64,000 nt of DNA, taken from contig JBGULD010000005.1 of NCBI GenBank assembly GCA_045114745.1, positions 1,467-65,466 on the forward strand, read 5' to 3'. Position numbers and translations under genes: made by a program. This stretch comes from Bacilli bacterium. Lineage in GTDB: Bacteria > Bacillota_I > Bacilli_A > RFN20 > CAG-826. Below, in pieces: positions 19,651-28,392 of the stretch. Under the pieces are notes generated by a model. It was not told the DNA's origin. It saw only the letters and a program-made list of their open reading frames with translations, and searched no databases. Each line of letters begins with the position of its first letter. The stretch's first letter is position 1.

Positions 19651-21083
19651 TATATGGAATCATCCTCATCTTTGATGTCGACTTCACTATATTCATGCTC
19701 ATTGACTCTCGCGGGAGCTTCTTCCGGATTTCTCTTTCCCTTTTCTTGTGGAGTATCTTTCTTCTTCACTTTTAATTTCTCTAAAATAGCTTTACGAGAT
19801 AAAGTGGTTGTTTGAATAAGAGCCTCAACCTCTTCTTTACGCATGATATATGTTTCATTTTGTAAGGCAACAAATGTTTCCCTATTAGGCACATCGCCAC
19901 GCTTGGTAACTTCTTCTTTTGGAGATGCGCGGTAGAACGCTGTGGTGAAACCTGCCGCGATGATAGGAATAATAAATGTAATACTTCTCCAAAGTAATAA
20001 CGCGGAAGCGGTCAAGGAATAAGAACTCTTATCGGAAATATAATAGAATCCTTTGGAAGGATCGACTTCGTCGTAGAATAACTTCACAAAGAAGTATTCG
20101 GAAACACCCGCACTACCAGGAAGAGGAATTAAACCAGTAATCATCTGGTGATAATTGCCTAAGAAGACACTATCCCAGAAATAATTAATCCCGCGGTGTT
20201 CACTACCCAAGGCTAGTCCGCAGAAATATGGAACGGAGAATTTAAGTGTCATATAAATCGCAAAACACACCGCGATTAAAATAAAGAATGGGATGTTAGT
20301 CCATAATCTTCTAAATTCAATTTTGAAGTTTTCGACGTGGATTCTTAAATTCTCTCTTGTCTTATCTGCATTCTTAATAATCTTAATCTTATGAAAGATA
20401 GCGATGACTGGTCCCATAATAAAATTATGGAATCCATGCCAGTACGCCATGAGAAGCACTAATAAGATAACGGAGACATTTAGAATAAAACCTAAGATCG
20501 TTAATAGTAATGGAGGGATTTGGATATTTAAAACATCGATGCTAATCACTAAAGGTGGTATCGACATAATAAGATCAAATTTCATCACAAAGGCTAAGAT
20601 ACCATAGATAATAAGAACGATTTGGAAGACGATAGAATACATCGCTAAAGCACTAACGGCAGAAGAAATATGTAAGCCTTGTTTCTTATAGGTATAGGCT
20701 TGCATAATTTGACCACCACTAGCACCTGGAGTCACGGCATTATAAAAGACACCGATTTGATCAACCGCGAGAGCTTGATGGAAATGATATCTTCTCGTAT
20801 ATAGACGCGCGAAACAAAAAAGAATGAAACTGCGAATAATAATTGTGCCCGCCATAACGGCTAAGATGATTAATAACCATCTCACATCGGAGTTCACTAA
20901 GTTATTCCAAATAACATCGACTTTACCCCAAGTAGTTAAAACAATAGACAAAGCGGTAACAATTAAAACGAAGGCGATGTTAAGTATATACTTAATCGCG
21001 CTTTTCTTTCCTTTTTTCTTTCCCGTTTTTTTATCTAATTCGTATTGTTCAACTTTTTTCTGTAATTCTTCAGAATTGGCCAT
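19650..21083 (-). CDS. UPF0104 / lysylphosphatidylglycerol-synthase-TM-region-like (flippase-like) membrane protein
   Basis: The 477-aa polytopic membrane protein carries GASGGQ and PGSAGVSE motifs typical of the family. It is translationally abutted to the GT4 gene, with the stop and start sharing 19650. Confidence 0.6.
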   Translation of the reverse strand: MANSEELQKKVEQYELDKKTGKKKGKKSAIKYILNIAFVLIVTALSIVLTTWGKVDVIWNNLVNSDVRWLLIILAVMAGTIIIRSFILFCFARLYTRRYHFHQALAVDQIGVFYNAVTPGASGGQIMQAYTYKKQGLHISSAVSALAMYSIVFQIVLIIYGILAFVMKFDLIMSIPPLVISIDVLNIQIPPLLLTILGFILNVSVILLVLLMAYWHGFHNFIMGPVIAIFHKIKIIKNADKTRENLRIHVENFKIEFRRLWTNIPFFILIAVCFAIYMTLKFSVPYFCGLALGSEHRGINYFWDSVFLGNYHQMITGLIPLPGSAGVSEYFFVKLFYDEVDPSKGFYYISDKSSYSLTASALLLWRSITFIIPIIAAGFTTAFYRASPKEEVTKRGDVPNRETFVALQNETYIMRKEEVEALIQTTTLSRKAILEKLKVKKKDTPQEKGKRNPEEAPARVNEHEYSEVDIKDEDDSI

Positions 21084-21180
21084 AGCAAGTAAATTATATC
21101 ACATATGAATACATTTCCGTTATTCATATGAAAATATATTTAATTAACTTTTTCGCTATTTTTATCTCTATGACACTAGA

Positions 21181-21207
21181 GAAAAACAAAACGGAGACAT
21201 AGTCTCC
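21181..21207 (-). terminator. Rho-independent terminator after the aminotransferase operon
   Basis: The minus strand reads GGAGAC-tat-GTCTCC followed by GTTTTGTTTTTC, immediately after the stop at 21210. Confidence 0.75.
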
Positions 21208-21209
21208 AT

Positions 21210-22427
21210 TTAGTTCTTCATTAGTGTTTCTATTTTGACACTTAACACGATGATATGCGCCGCATCTTTAATATCGTTAACATTTAATAATGATGGGGCA
21301 ATTCTAATATGAGAATTGTTTGGATCAATATGATATGGATAAGCACATCCGGCATCCGTTAATGTTAGCCCCATATCTTTACATCTCTTCACCACTTCTT
21401 TAGCGATGCCATTAGTGAACATTGATATAAAATATCCACCTCGAGGAGAAGTAGTATCAGCTAGACCATTTAATTCTTCTTTTAAATATTTTTCTAATAA
21501 TTCAAATTTTGGTCTTAATATATCTGCGTGTTTCTTCATGTGTTCTTCGATATTTTCTTTATTCTTAAAGAATGTAGCGTGTAACATCTGATTAACTTTA
21601 TTCGCAGATATATATTGGATACTTAGTTGTTTTTTAATATGTTCAATATTGTTATCACTTGTCGCACAACAAGAGATGCCCGCGCCAGCGAAAGTCATCT
21701 TAGATGTGGATGCAAAGACATATATTATGTCTTGATTATGATATTTCACACATTTTTGATATAGATTAGGAAGGACATGTTTTTCATCGTATAAGTGATG
21801 ACAAATATATGCTTCATCAACATATAATCTAAAATCTTCAGCGGAGGGTTTTAGCTTGGCTAATCTATCAATCACTTCCTCGGAATAAATAATACCTGTC
21901 GGATTAGAATAAATAGGCACTAACCAGATACCTTTCACTGATGGATCTTTGATATATTCTTCAATCATATCCATATCAGGACCATATTCATTCATTGGGA
22001 TATTGATCATCTCAATACCAAAATATTCACATATAGAAAAGTGCCTATCATATCCAGGAACTGGACATAACCATTTAATCTTCTCTAATTTGCACCACGG
22101 AGTACTTCCATTCACTCCATGAGTCATACTTCTAGAGATAAAGTCATACATGATTCTTAAAGAAGAATTGCCATAGACAATAAAGTTCTTGCTAGGGATA
22201 TCTAAGATAGAAGAAAACATCTCTTTAGCGTCTTCTATACCAGTTAGACCACCATAGTTACGGACATCAATATTATCTTTGGAGATATAGTTATCTAATG
22301 ACTTAATTAAATCATTTGATAAATCAAGTTGTTCCTTACAGGGTTTACCTCTTGATATATCAATAGATAAATGTCTTTCACATATATCTTCATATTCTTT
22401 TAATAAGGTTTTTAATTCATTATCCAT
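21210..22427 (-). CDS. PLP-dependent aminotransferase (class I/II fold)
   Basis: The 405-aa ORF has SRGKPCKEQLDL at the N-terminus, YSNPTG, and STSKMTFAGAGIS, a PLP-lysine-type motif. Confidence 0.7.
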   Translation of the reverse strand: MDNELKTLLKEYEDICERHLSIDISRGKPCKEQLDLSNDLIKSLDNYISKDNIDVRNYGGLTGIEDAKEMFSSILDIPSKNFIVYGNSSLRIMYDFISRSMTHGVNGSTPWCKLEKIKWLCPVPGYDRHFSICEYFGIEMINIPMNEYGPDMDMIEEYIKDPSVKGIWLVPIYSNPTGIIYSEEVIDRLAKLKPSAEDFRLYVDEAYICHHLYDEKHVLPNLYQKCVKYHNQDIIYVFASTSKMTFAGAGISCCATSDNNIEHIKKQLSIQYISANKVNQMLHATFFKNKENIEEHMKKHADILRPKFELLEKYLKEELNGLADTTSPRGGYFISMFTNGIAKEVVKRCKDMGLTLTDAGCAYPYHIDPNNSHIRIAPSLLNVNDIKDAAHIIVLSVKIETLMKN

Positions 22428-22437
22428 ATCAATAATT

Positions 22438-23109
22438 CTATAATTGCCAATTTATGTTTTCTTTAAGTATCTTGGAGGGACTACCACCAATAACAACATT
22501 GGGATGATCCTTAAAGCTTTTAGTTACTAACGAGTTACAGGCAACAACTGAATCGTTATCTATATAGCTTCCTTTTAACATATTGACTCCATAAGCAATC
22601 CAAACATGATTACCAATATAGATAGGATTTCTTTCTATGTTGTTCTCATTAGTGTCTTTATTAAATATTTGATGACCATCTGCATCTTGAAGATGAACAT
22701 TCCATCCACCAATGACATCATCGCCAATTTTTATATTAGTGTTACAAGCAATAAAGAAGTTTTGATTAAAGTGAACCCCTTTACCAAATTCAATAACACC
22801 ATTATCGCCACATCTAATAGATACACCTTTGGAGAATCCACAACCACCGTTAAAGATAACTTTAGATCCTTTTTTCACTATCCAATATGAATGTCTATTA
22901 GGTTCCACACCAAAGACACCTTCACCACAACCTAATTTGATTAATCCAAATTTAGGCTTGGTATTAATAACTACTGTACCTCTATGTAGTTGTCTAATCT
23001 TAAATCTCCAACCTAATAAAATTGGTAACTTAATACCAGTTGAAAACTTAAATAGTCTGAGATTGAAATATATAGTTTTTAATAAATTAACTCTGAATAT
23101 ATTTGGCAT
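22438..23109 (-). CDS. Left-handed beta-helix (hexapeptide-repeat) acyl/acetyltransferase
   Basis: Hexapeptide-like repeats are present (IKIGDDVIGGWNVHL, IYIGNHVWIAYGVNMLKGSYIDNDSVVACNSLV). Size is 223 aa. Confidence 0.7.
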   Translation of the reverse strand: MPNIFRVNLLKTIYFNLRLFKFSTGIKLPILLGWRFKIRQLHRGTVVINTKPKFGLIKLGCGEGVFGVEPNRHSYWIVKKGSKVIFNGGCGFSKGVSIRCGDNGVIEFGKGVHFNQNFFIACNTNIKIGDDVIGGWNVHLQDADGHQIFNKDTNENNIERNPIYIGNHVWIAYGVNMLKGSYIDNDSVVACNSLVTKSFKDHPNVVIGGSPSKILKENINWQL

Positions 23110-23124
23110 AGGAATAGTTTAATA

Positions 23125-24267
23125 TTATTGCATCTTTTTTAATGCCTCAACAAATATCTTTAATCTCTCCATACTTGTTGCATAACTTATTCTAATATGT
23201 CCCTCACCACTATCACCGAATGCGGTTCCGGGAACAACAAGGACATTATATTCGTGTAGCATCTTTAAACAAAAGTCTCTAGAAGACATTTTGAAGCGTT
23301 TTATTGATGGGAATAAGTAGAATGCACCACGTGCATCAAAACACTCGATATTGAGCTCTTTAAATGACTTTAAGAGATACTCTCTTCTACGATTATATTC
23401 TTCAACCATATATAACATATCAGGAATACATTTATCTAATGCCGCGATTGCACCATATTGTGCACTAGTAGGAGCACTAAGCATGATATGTTGTTGAATC
23501 TTTAATATCTCATCAAGAATGAATTTAGGAGCACAAACATATCCTAATCTCCATCCAGTCATTGCAAAGGCTTTGGAGAATCCTGATATTAATATTGTTC
23601 TTTCTTTCATATTAGGTAATGAAGCGATTGAACAATGCTTGCTACCATAAGTAAGTTCAGCATATATTTCATCAGATATGATATATAAGTCATTATCTAA
23701 TATCAAAGGAACAATAGCCTCTAATTCTTCTTTTGTCATAATAGCCCCTGTGGGGTTATTAGGATAAGAGAGGAATACCGCTTTGGTTTTAGGTGTTATA
23801 TATTTCTTTAGTAGTTCAGGAGTTAACTTATATTCGTTCTTATCACTTAATTCTATAACTTCTGCTTTGCCACCACACATTTCTATATCAGGAACATAAC
23901 AAATATATGTTGGTTCAGTAACGATGATTTCATCTCCAGGATTAATAATGCTCATTAACGCCGCGAGGATGCCTTGAGATGATCCCGCAGTTAATATCAT
24001 TTCATCTTTATCATAATGAACATCAAATCTATTTTTTAGATAATTAGATATCTTTTCTCTTAATATAGGTAGACCCTGATTAGATGTATAGAATGTCTTA
24101 CCTTCATCTAATGATTCCTTTGCAGCATCAATAACAGGTTTTGGTGTTACAAAATCAGGTTCGCCCACACCTAATGAAACGATATCTGGTCTTTCGGAAG
24201 CATAATTAAAGAACTCTCTGATACCAGAGGGTTTCATATTAGAAATAAGAGAAGATATTTTTTTCAT
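23125..24267 (-). CDS. Class-I PLP-dependent aminotransferase (AspC/PatA-like)
   Basis: The 380-aa ORF carries SYPNNPTG and SGFSKAFAMTGWRLGY (PLP lysine), with an arginine near the C-terminus (IRISYA). Confidence 0.85.
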   Translation of the reverse strand: MKKISSLISNMKPSGIREFFNYASERPDIVSLGVGEPDFVTPKPVIDAAKESLDEGKTFYTSNQGLPILREKISNYLKNRFDVHYDKDEMILTAGSSQGILAALMSIINPGDEIIVTEPTYICYVPDIEMCGGKAEVIELSDKNEYKLTPELLKKYITPKTKAVFLSYPNNPTGAIMTKEELEAIVPLILDNDLYIISDEIYAELTYGSKHCSIASLPNMKERTILISGFSKAFAMTGWRLGYVCAPKFILDEILKIQQHIMLSAPTSAQYGAIAALDKCIPDMLYMVEEYNRRREYLLKSFKELNIECFDARGAFYLFPSIKRFKMSSRDFCLKMLHEYNVLVVPGTAFGDSGEGHIRISYATSMERLKIFVEALKKMQ

Positions 24268-24329
24268 ATTAATAAATTAGAGGTAATTCTTGTGTTTATC
24301 AAGAATAAACCAAAACATATTTTACAAAA

Positions 24330-24899
24330 TCAGTATTTATAGTTTTCGACATATTCAATAAATTCTTTAATGTTGGATTCTGATAGCGGTAAACATTTCA
24401 ACATTGTTATAACTTCATTGTATTTTAAAGCAAGCAGTTTCAGATATTGCGCTGGTTTATGATTTGAAACATCAATTTTAAAACCATGCTTTTTAAAAAC
24501 TTCATCCATATTTGGATAAAAATATATAGGAACAATATATCCACCCTTTCCCCACCAATAGGATGAGAAGATTTCTCCATTTTTATATTTTTCAAAAAGT
24601 TCGTCTGGAGTATCATCTTTATCCATGATAGAAAAGATTTTATGATCCAAAATTCCTTTTTTCTTATCAATCTTTAAGCAATCCTTAAATTTTGTTTTAT
24701 AATCCGCTATCGTGGGAAAATGCGCCGACAAATAATCGTTAATAGTATTAATAATAATCGAATTTCTTCCATTCTTTTCTGAAAGAGGATTCAACGACTT
24801 GTGAGTCTTTACTTGAATCTGTTTAACAAGTATTTGTTCGCATTCGCCGTGGCAAATGGTTGAACATGGATGATAATGTATCTTTCTATTTCTTTTCAT
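24330..24899 (-). CDS. TOPRIM/RloB-like small protein, partner of the upstream ATPase
   Basis: The 189-aa product is counted from the ATG at 24899; the tracked start at 24905 is TTG. STICHGECEQILV resembles the xCEGxxTE TOPRIM glutamate motif of RloB/DUF4435 proteins, and FSIMDKDDTPDE resembles their DxD motif. A Cys/His cluster HYHPCSTICHGEC is also present. The gene overlaps the 3' end of the ATPase gene. Confidence 0.45.
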   Translation of the reverse strand: MKRNRKIHYHPCSTICHGECEQILVKQIQVKTHKSLNPLSEKNGRNSIIINTINDYLSAHFPTIADYKTKFKDCLKIDKKKGILDHKIFSIMDKDDTPDELFEKYKNGEIFSSYWWGKGGYIVPIYFYPNMDEVFKKHGFKIDVSNHKPAQYLKLLALKYNEVITMLKCLPLSESNIKEFIEYVENYKY

Positions 24900-26214
24900 G
24901 TTCAATAATATCCACGATATATTTCATGGAGAAAAAACCTGTTTGAGGTACTCCTCCATATAGTCCCTTTAAATATTGACCAACCACATCGGTTCCACTT
25001 TGTATTTGTCTACCAAAAACATCCAAAGAATAAGAAACAACCTGATCATATTTTTCGTCTCTATCTAAAAGATAAATATATTTCTTATTAATATTTTTTA
25101 ATAATAAGGTATTGTGTGTAGTAACGATCAATTGTCCTTTAACATCGTTTCCTAAAGAATCAAAAATAGCCTTCAAGAGAATATCATTGATTCCGGAATC
25201 AATTTCATCAATCACAACAATGTTGTCGTTGGCAACGATTTCATAAAAAGTGGGGAACAATTCTAATAGTTTTTTTGTTCCGGTAGAAGCTAGACTATAA
25301 GGAACTCGAGATTCATTTTCACCACCGCCTTCCACGAAGACAAGATTATATGTTCTGCTATTATCGGAAGACACTTCAATATCATAATCCACCCTATTAA
25401 TGTTCGAATAAATAGAAGTAAAAAACATCGACAAGGCTGTCTTTGTATTTTCTAATTGTTGTTTCATAGAATCAAAATAATTACCGTATACCAAAATAGG
25501 TAACATATTTGAATCATATTTGAACATTACTGGGAAATTGGTTGTCTCTTTAAAAACATGCAACTTCTCTAACTCAAACATGAATGCTCTAATGGTTTTG
25601 GAAATATTTCTATTGCCATAAGTTCCATCAATTTCTCCATATACAGAATTGATGCACGCCAAAAGAGTGTGCTTGCCAGAATACATTTTGAATCTTTCAG
25701 AGATTAAACTCTTAAGTTCTTCAGAGAAGAAATGGGCATCACTCAAATCAGCATTTCCGTATCTATCCATGCCAAAACCTAAATCGCCATTAATAAATAA
25801 CTTTTCTTCCACAATAGAAGAACTATCAAAGGCAAGGCGATAATCAAATTTGTCATTGCCAACAAAGCATTCGTATTTGGCCCTCATATTATCTTTAGAA
25901 CCAATCTTTTTATAAATGCTTATATATTCAGGTGCACTATATAAAAAGTCATCGTTAACATAAAGTCTATTGATTTGATTTTGCAAATTAGATATTCCAT
26001 TTCCAAGAAACTGATTCGAGAATTTAGTACTAGCAATGGAGTTCTTTACTTTATTAAGTAATCTAAAAGCATCCACTACTGTTGATTTTCCAATAGCGTT
26101 TTCACCATAGATAACCGCAACATTCTTTGCACTTTTCTCGGCTTTGTTTTGATGCAAATCAAATTCAAAATGTTTGAAGGATTTAAAGTTGTCTAAAACA
26201 ATTTTACTAAACAT
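24886..26214 (-). CDS. ABC-type (AAA_21/AAA_15-like) ATPase of defence-island type
   Basis: Walker A is YGENAIGKST. ASTGTKKLLEL is signature-like, Walker B is VVIDEIDSGIND, and VTTHNTLLL is H-loop-like. There is no transmembrane or transport partner. An AAAGAGGA RBS is present. Confidence 0.75.
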   Translation of the reverse strand: MFSKIVLDNFKSFKHFEFDLHQNKAEKSAKNVAVIYGENAIGKSTVVDAFRLLNKVKNSIASTKFSNQFLGNGISNLQNQINRLYVNDDFLYSAPEYISIYKKIGSKDNMRAKYECFVGNDKFDYRLAFDSSSIVEEKLFINGDLGFGMDRYGNADLSDAHFFSEELKSLISERFKMYSGKHTLLACINSVYGEIDGTYGNRNISKTIRAFMFELEKLHVFKETTNFPVMFKYDSNMLPILVYGNYFDSMKQQLENTKTALSMFFTSIYSNINRVDYDIEVSSDNSRTYNLVFVEGGGENESRVPYSLASTGTKKLLELFPTFYEIVANDNIVVIDEIDSGINDILLKAIFDSLGNDVKGQLIVTTHNTLLLKNINKKYIYLLDRDEKYDQVVSYSLDVFGRQIQSGTDVVGQYLKGLYGGVPQTGFFSMKYIVDIIEHEKK

Positions 26215-26240
26215 GGCATGTTCCTCTTTTATGCATATTT

Positions 26241-26268
26241 AGTATATATTATTTCAGACAATTTACAA
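26241..26268 (-). promoter_or_regulatory. Candidate sigma-A promoter of the ATPase/TOPRIM-like pair
   Basis: The minus strand reads TTGTAA, a 16-nt spacer and TATACT, about 25 nt upstream of the ATG at 26214. Confidence 0.35.
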
Positions 26269-26551
26269 CAATATTTGCTGTTTTTTACTAAGTTTTTTAG
26301 CTTTTAATGTGTATATCGGTTAAACAAACAATATCATATTAAATGGCCGCATCATCAAAATTCTTGCAAAAGAAAGAAATAAAAAATGACTTTACATAAT
26401 TTATGTAAGTCACACATTATCTATTCTTGAACTTTGTTTTTTGATTATATTGATAAAATTGTTAACACTTTTTAGAATTAAAGTGTATCATAATAGTAGG
26501 CCCGAGGATATCTCGCGCGGTAAAAGAGGGAGCGTCTCCCCTTTTATTTTT

Positions 26552-27433
26552 TTATCTTTCCCATTTAGCAGGGAATTTGCGTAATCCCACCATCTTTCCG
26601 CTTCTATTACAAACAATCTTATTTTTGACTATTTCAAAATCTTTACCCTCTGTCCCAAATCGCATATAACGATAAATAGGATATGAACATAAATCAGCCA
26701 TTTCTATGCCAGGATATGCAAAAGCTCCGTCGTCAGATACTTTATGATTGAAAAACGCATCCACAAAATAGCGCTTTAGTACATTTTTCTTTGTGCTTTT
26801 ACAACCAGTTATATTTATTATCTTATAGATGTGTTTGTATAGTGATTTGTCTTCATTTTTGCCTCTAGATTCAAAAACAAGAGCTATTTTTTTATTTCGT
26901 TTAACATTCTTATATAAGCACTCAAGAATAATATCGAAAGCAACTTCGTAAGGATCGTATTTATAGTTTTGTTTGACATAAGAATACAAATCAAACGTCA
27001 CAGAAATAATTTTGCTTTTTATCATGCTTATAACGCTCGAAAGAGAATCTAAAAATTTATTGTATTTTTTCGCGGTTCCAAAATTAAATGGGCCCACTCT
27101 TTTGGCGATGTCTCTGTTGTGAAGAACAACTGGCGATTCCACCTTTTTAAAATACTGGTTTTTCAATTTTGCTATTAATTGCTTTGAAAATTCATACTCA
27201 CTCTTTGAAAATAAACAACAAGTTAAAGTGAAATATCTTCTGTTTTCATCTACTGGTTTGTTTGTAACAACGGATTTAAACATTTGTAAAATTGCGCTTG
27301 CGGAACCATTTTCATCAAAACAAGCAACATAGTCATATTTATTGTCAAAAGATGTAAATTCTTTTAGTGGTGTTTTGGATACAATTTCTTCCCAGTTTTT
27401 CATATCTAAAACTTTATCACAATAAAAGTACAC
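26552..27433 (-). CDS. DUF3800-like protein
   Basis: VACFDENGS resembles the N-terminal xxDESG motif. VVLHNRDI and GIEMADLCSYPIY resemble the central H..D and C-terminal ADL motifs of DUF3800. The start is uncertain: GTG at 27433 or ATG at 27403. The hairpin GGGAG-cgt-CTCCC at 26527-26541 lies just downstream. Confidence 0.55.
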   Translation of the reverse strand: MYFYCDKVLDMKNWEEIVSKTPLKEFTSFDNKYDYVACFDENGSASAILQMFKSVVTNKPVDENRRYFTLTCCLFSKSEYEFSKQLIAKLKNQYFKKVESPVVLHNRDIAKRVGPFNFGTAKKYNKFLDSLSSVISMIKSKIISVTFDLYSYVKQNYKYDPYEVAFDIILECLYKNVKRNKKIALVFESRGKNEDKSLYKHIYKIINITGCKSTKKNVLKRYFVDAFFNHKVSDDGAFAYPGIEMADLCSYPIYRYMRFGTEGKDFEIVKNKIVCNRSGKMVGLRKFPAKWER

Positions 27434-27472
27434 TATGACATAAAATAATAAAAATGCGTTGCAACAATCCTA

Positions 27473-27880
27473 CTAAGACAGCTTATTTGCAGCATCGAAA
27501 ATATCGTCAATAATACCATTTGGTAATTCGGTGAAGAAATAAAGCGTTCCTGCTTGGTTAGTAGGCATACTTCCGTTATGTGGATTTTTATCTAAAAAAC
27601 TTTTTTGTCTTTTATCATCATCTGATATTGAGTAATGTGAATAAAGTCTGATAGAACGCTTAAGTATATAAGGCTCAATTTTATAATTATCCAGATAGTT
27701 TCTTACTAAAAAGGCCGCTTTATCCATATCACATTGATAAAATCTACCAGCAACTTTCCCGTCTGGTGTTTTAAATTTATCAGCATTTAAGGCAACATCG
27801 ATAAAGGACTTACACAAAATATAAAACTCTTCATTTGAGAAATCCGATGGAACTTGTTTTAAAAAGTCTTCTTTTGTCAT
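27473..27880 (-). CDS. Hypothetical 135-aa protein (no recognisable family), upstream partner of the DUF3800-like gene
   Basis: The start is assigned to the ATG at 27880 (MTKEDFLKQV...), which has AAGGAG 7 nt upstream. The tracked start at 27931 is TTG and lies inside the repeat-module edge. A 39-nt gap separates it from the next gene. Confidence 0.55.
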   Translation of the reverse strand: MTKEDFLKQVPSDFSNEEFYILCKSFIDVALNADKFKTPDGKVAGRFYQCDMDKAAFLVRNYLDNYKIEPYILKRSIRLYSHYSISDDDKRQKSFLDKNPHNGSMPTNQAGTLYFFTELPNGIIDDIFDAANKLS

Positions 27881-27929
27881 GCACATTCTCCTTAAAAACA
27901 TTATACATTTTTGCTTTTGTCTTCTAAAC

Positions 27930-28120
27930 AACTTGCACTTCTTTCTTTTTTGATGGATTTATAGACACACAAGGAACAAGCACCACTATGAATAATAAAG
28001 ACAAGGTTATCTTTGATAAGAAACTCCCATACGAATATAACATCTGTCTTTATATCTTAGAAGAATTATGCGATAAGGGAATTATCAATGTTTTTGAGAT
28101 GACTGAAGCCATAATTCTTC
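27930..28120. repeat. Copy A of a roughly 190-bp duplicated divergent promoter/small-ORF module
   Basis: It aligns without indels to 31487..31677 and is roughly nine-tenths identical by eye. The alignment includes a perfect run TACGAATATAACATCTGTCTTTATATCTTAGAAGAATTATGCGATAAGGGAATTATC. Confidence 0.9.
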
Positions 28121-28152
28121 TAAGAAAGAAATACAAAAAATGCCTGTTATAA
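27988..28152 (+). CDS. Small conserved ORF (54 aa) inside repeat copy A
   Basis: Manual translation gives MNNKDKVIFDKKLPYEYNICLYILEELCDKGIINVFEMTEAIILLRKKYKKCLL. It is a paralogue of the N-terminal 42 aa of ORF 31545..31781. The nucleotide differences between copies keep the frame open. AAGGAA lies upstream. Confidence 0.4.
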   Translation: MNNKDKVIFDKKLPYEYNICLYILEELCDKGIINVFEMTEAIILLRKKYKKCLL

Positions 28153-28392
28153 GTATCTATGGTAAAAAAAGACAATAATTCCAGCGACTAAAAAGTAAGG
28201 AAAAGAACTAATAAAAGAAGCTGGTCCGAAACACAACCTAAAATCCACACTCACCTTTGGCGAGTGTTAGAACCTTCCATGTCTAATGCGAGCCATATGA
28301 TGTTTTTTGGTCTTACATATTATTTCATTTTTAACAAATATAATAATCAATTAAATGGATATTAGAGATCGTTTTTGTGGTACAAATAAAAA

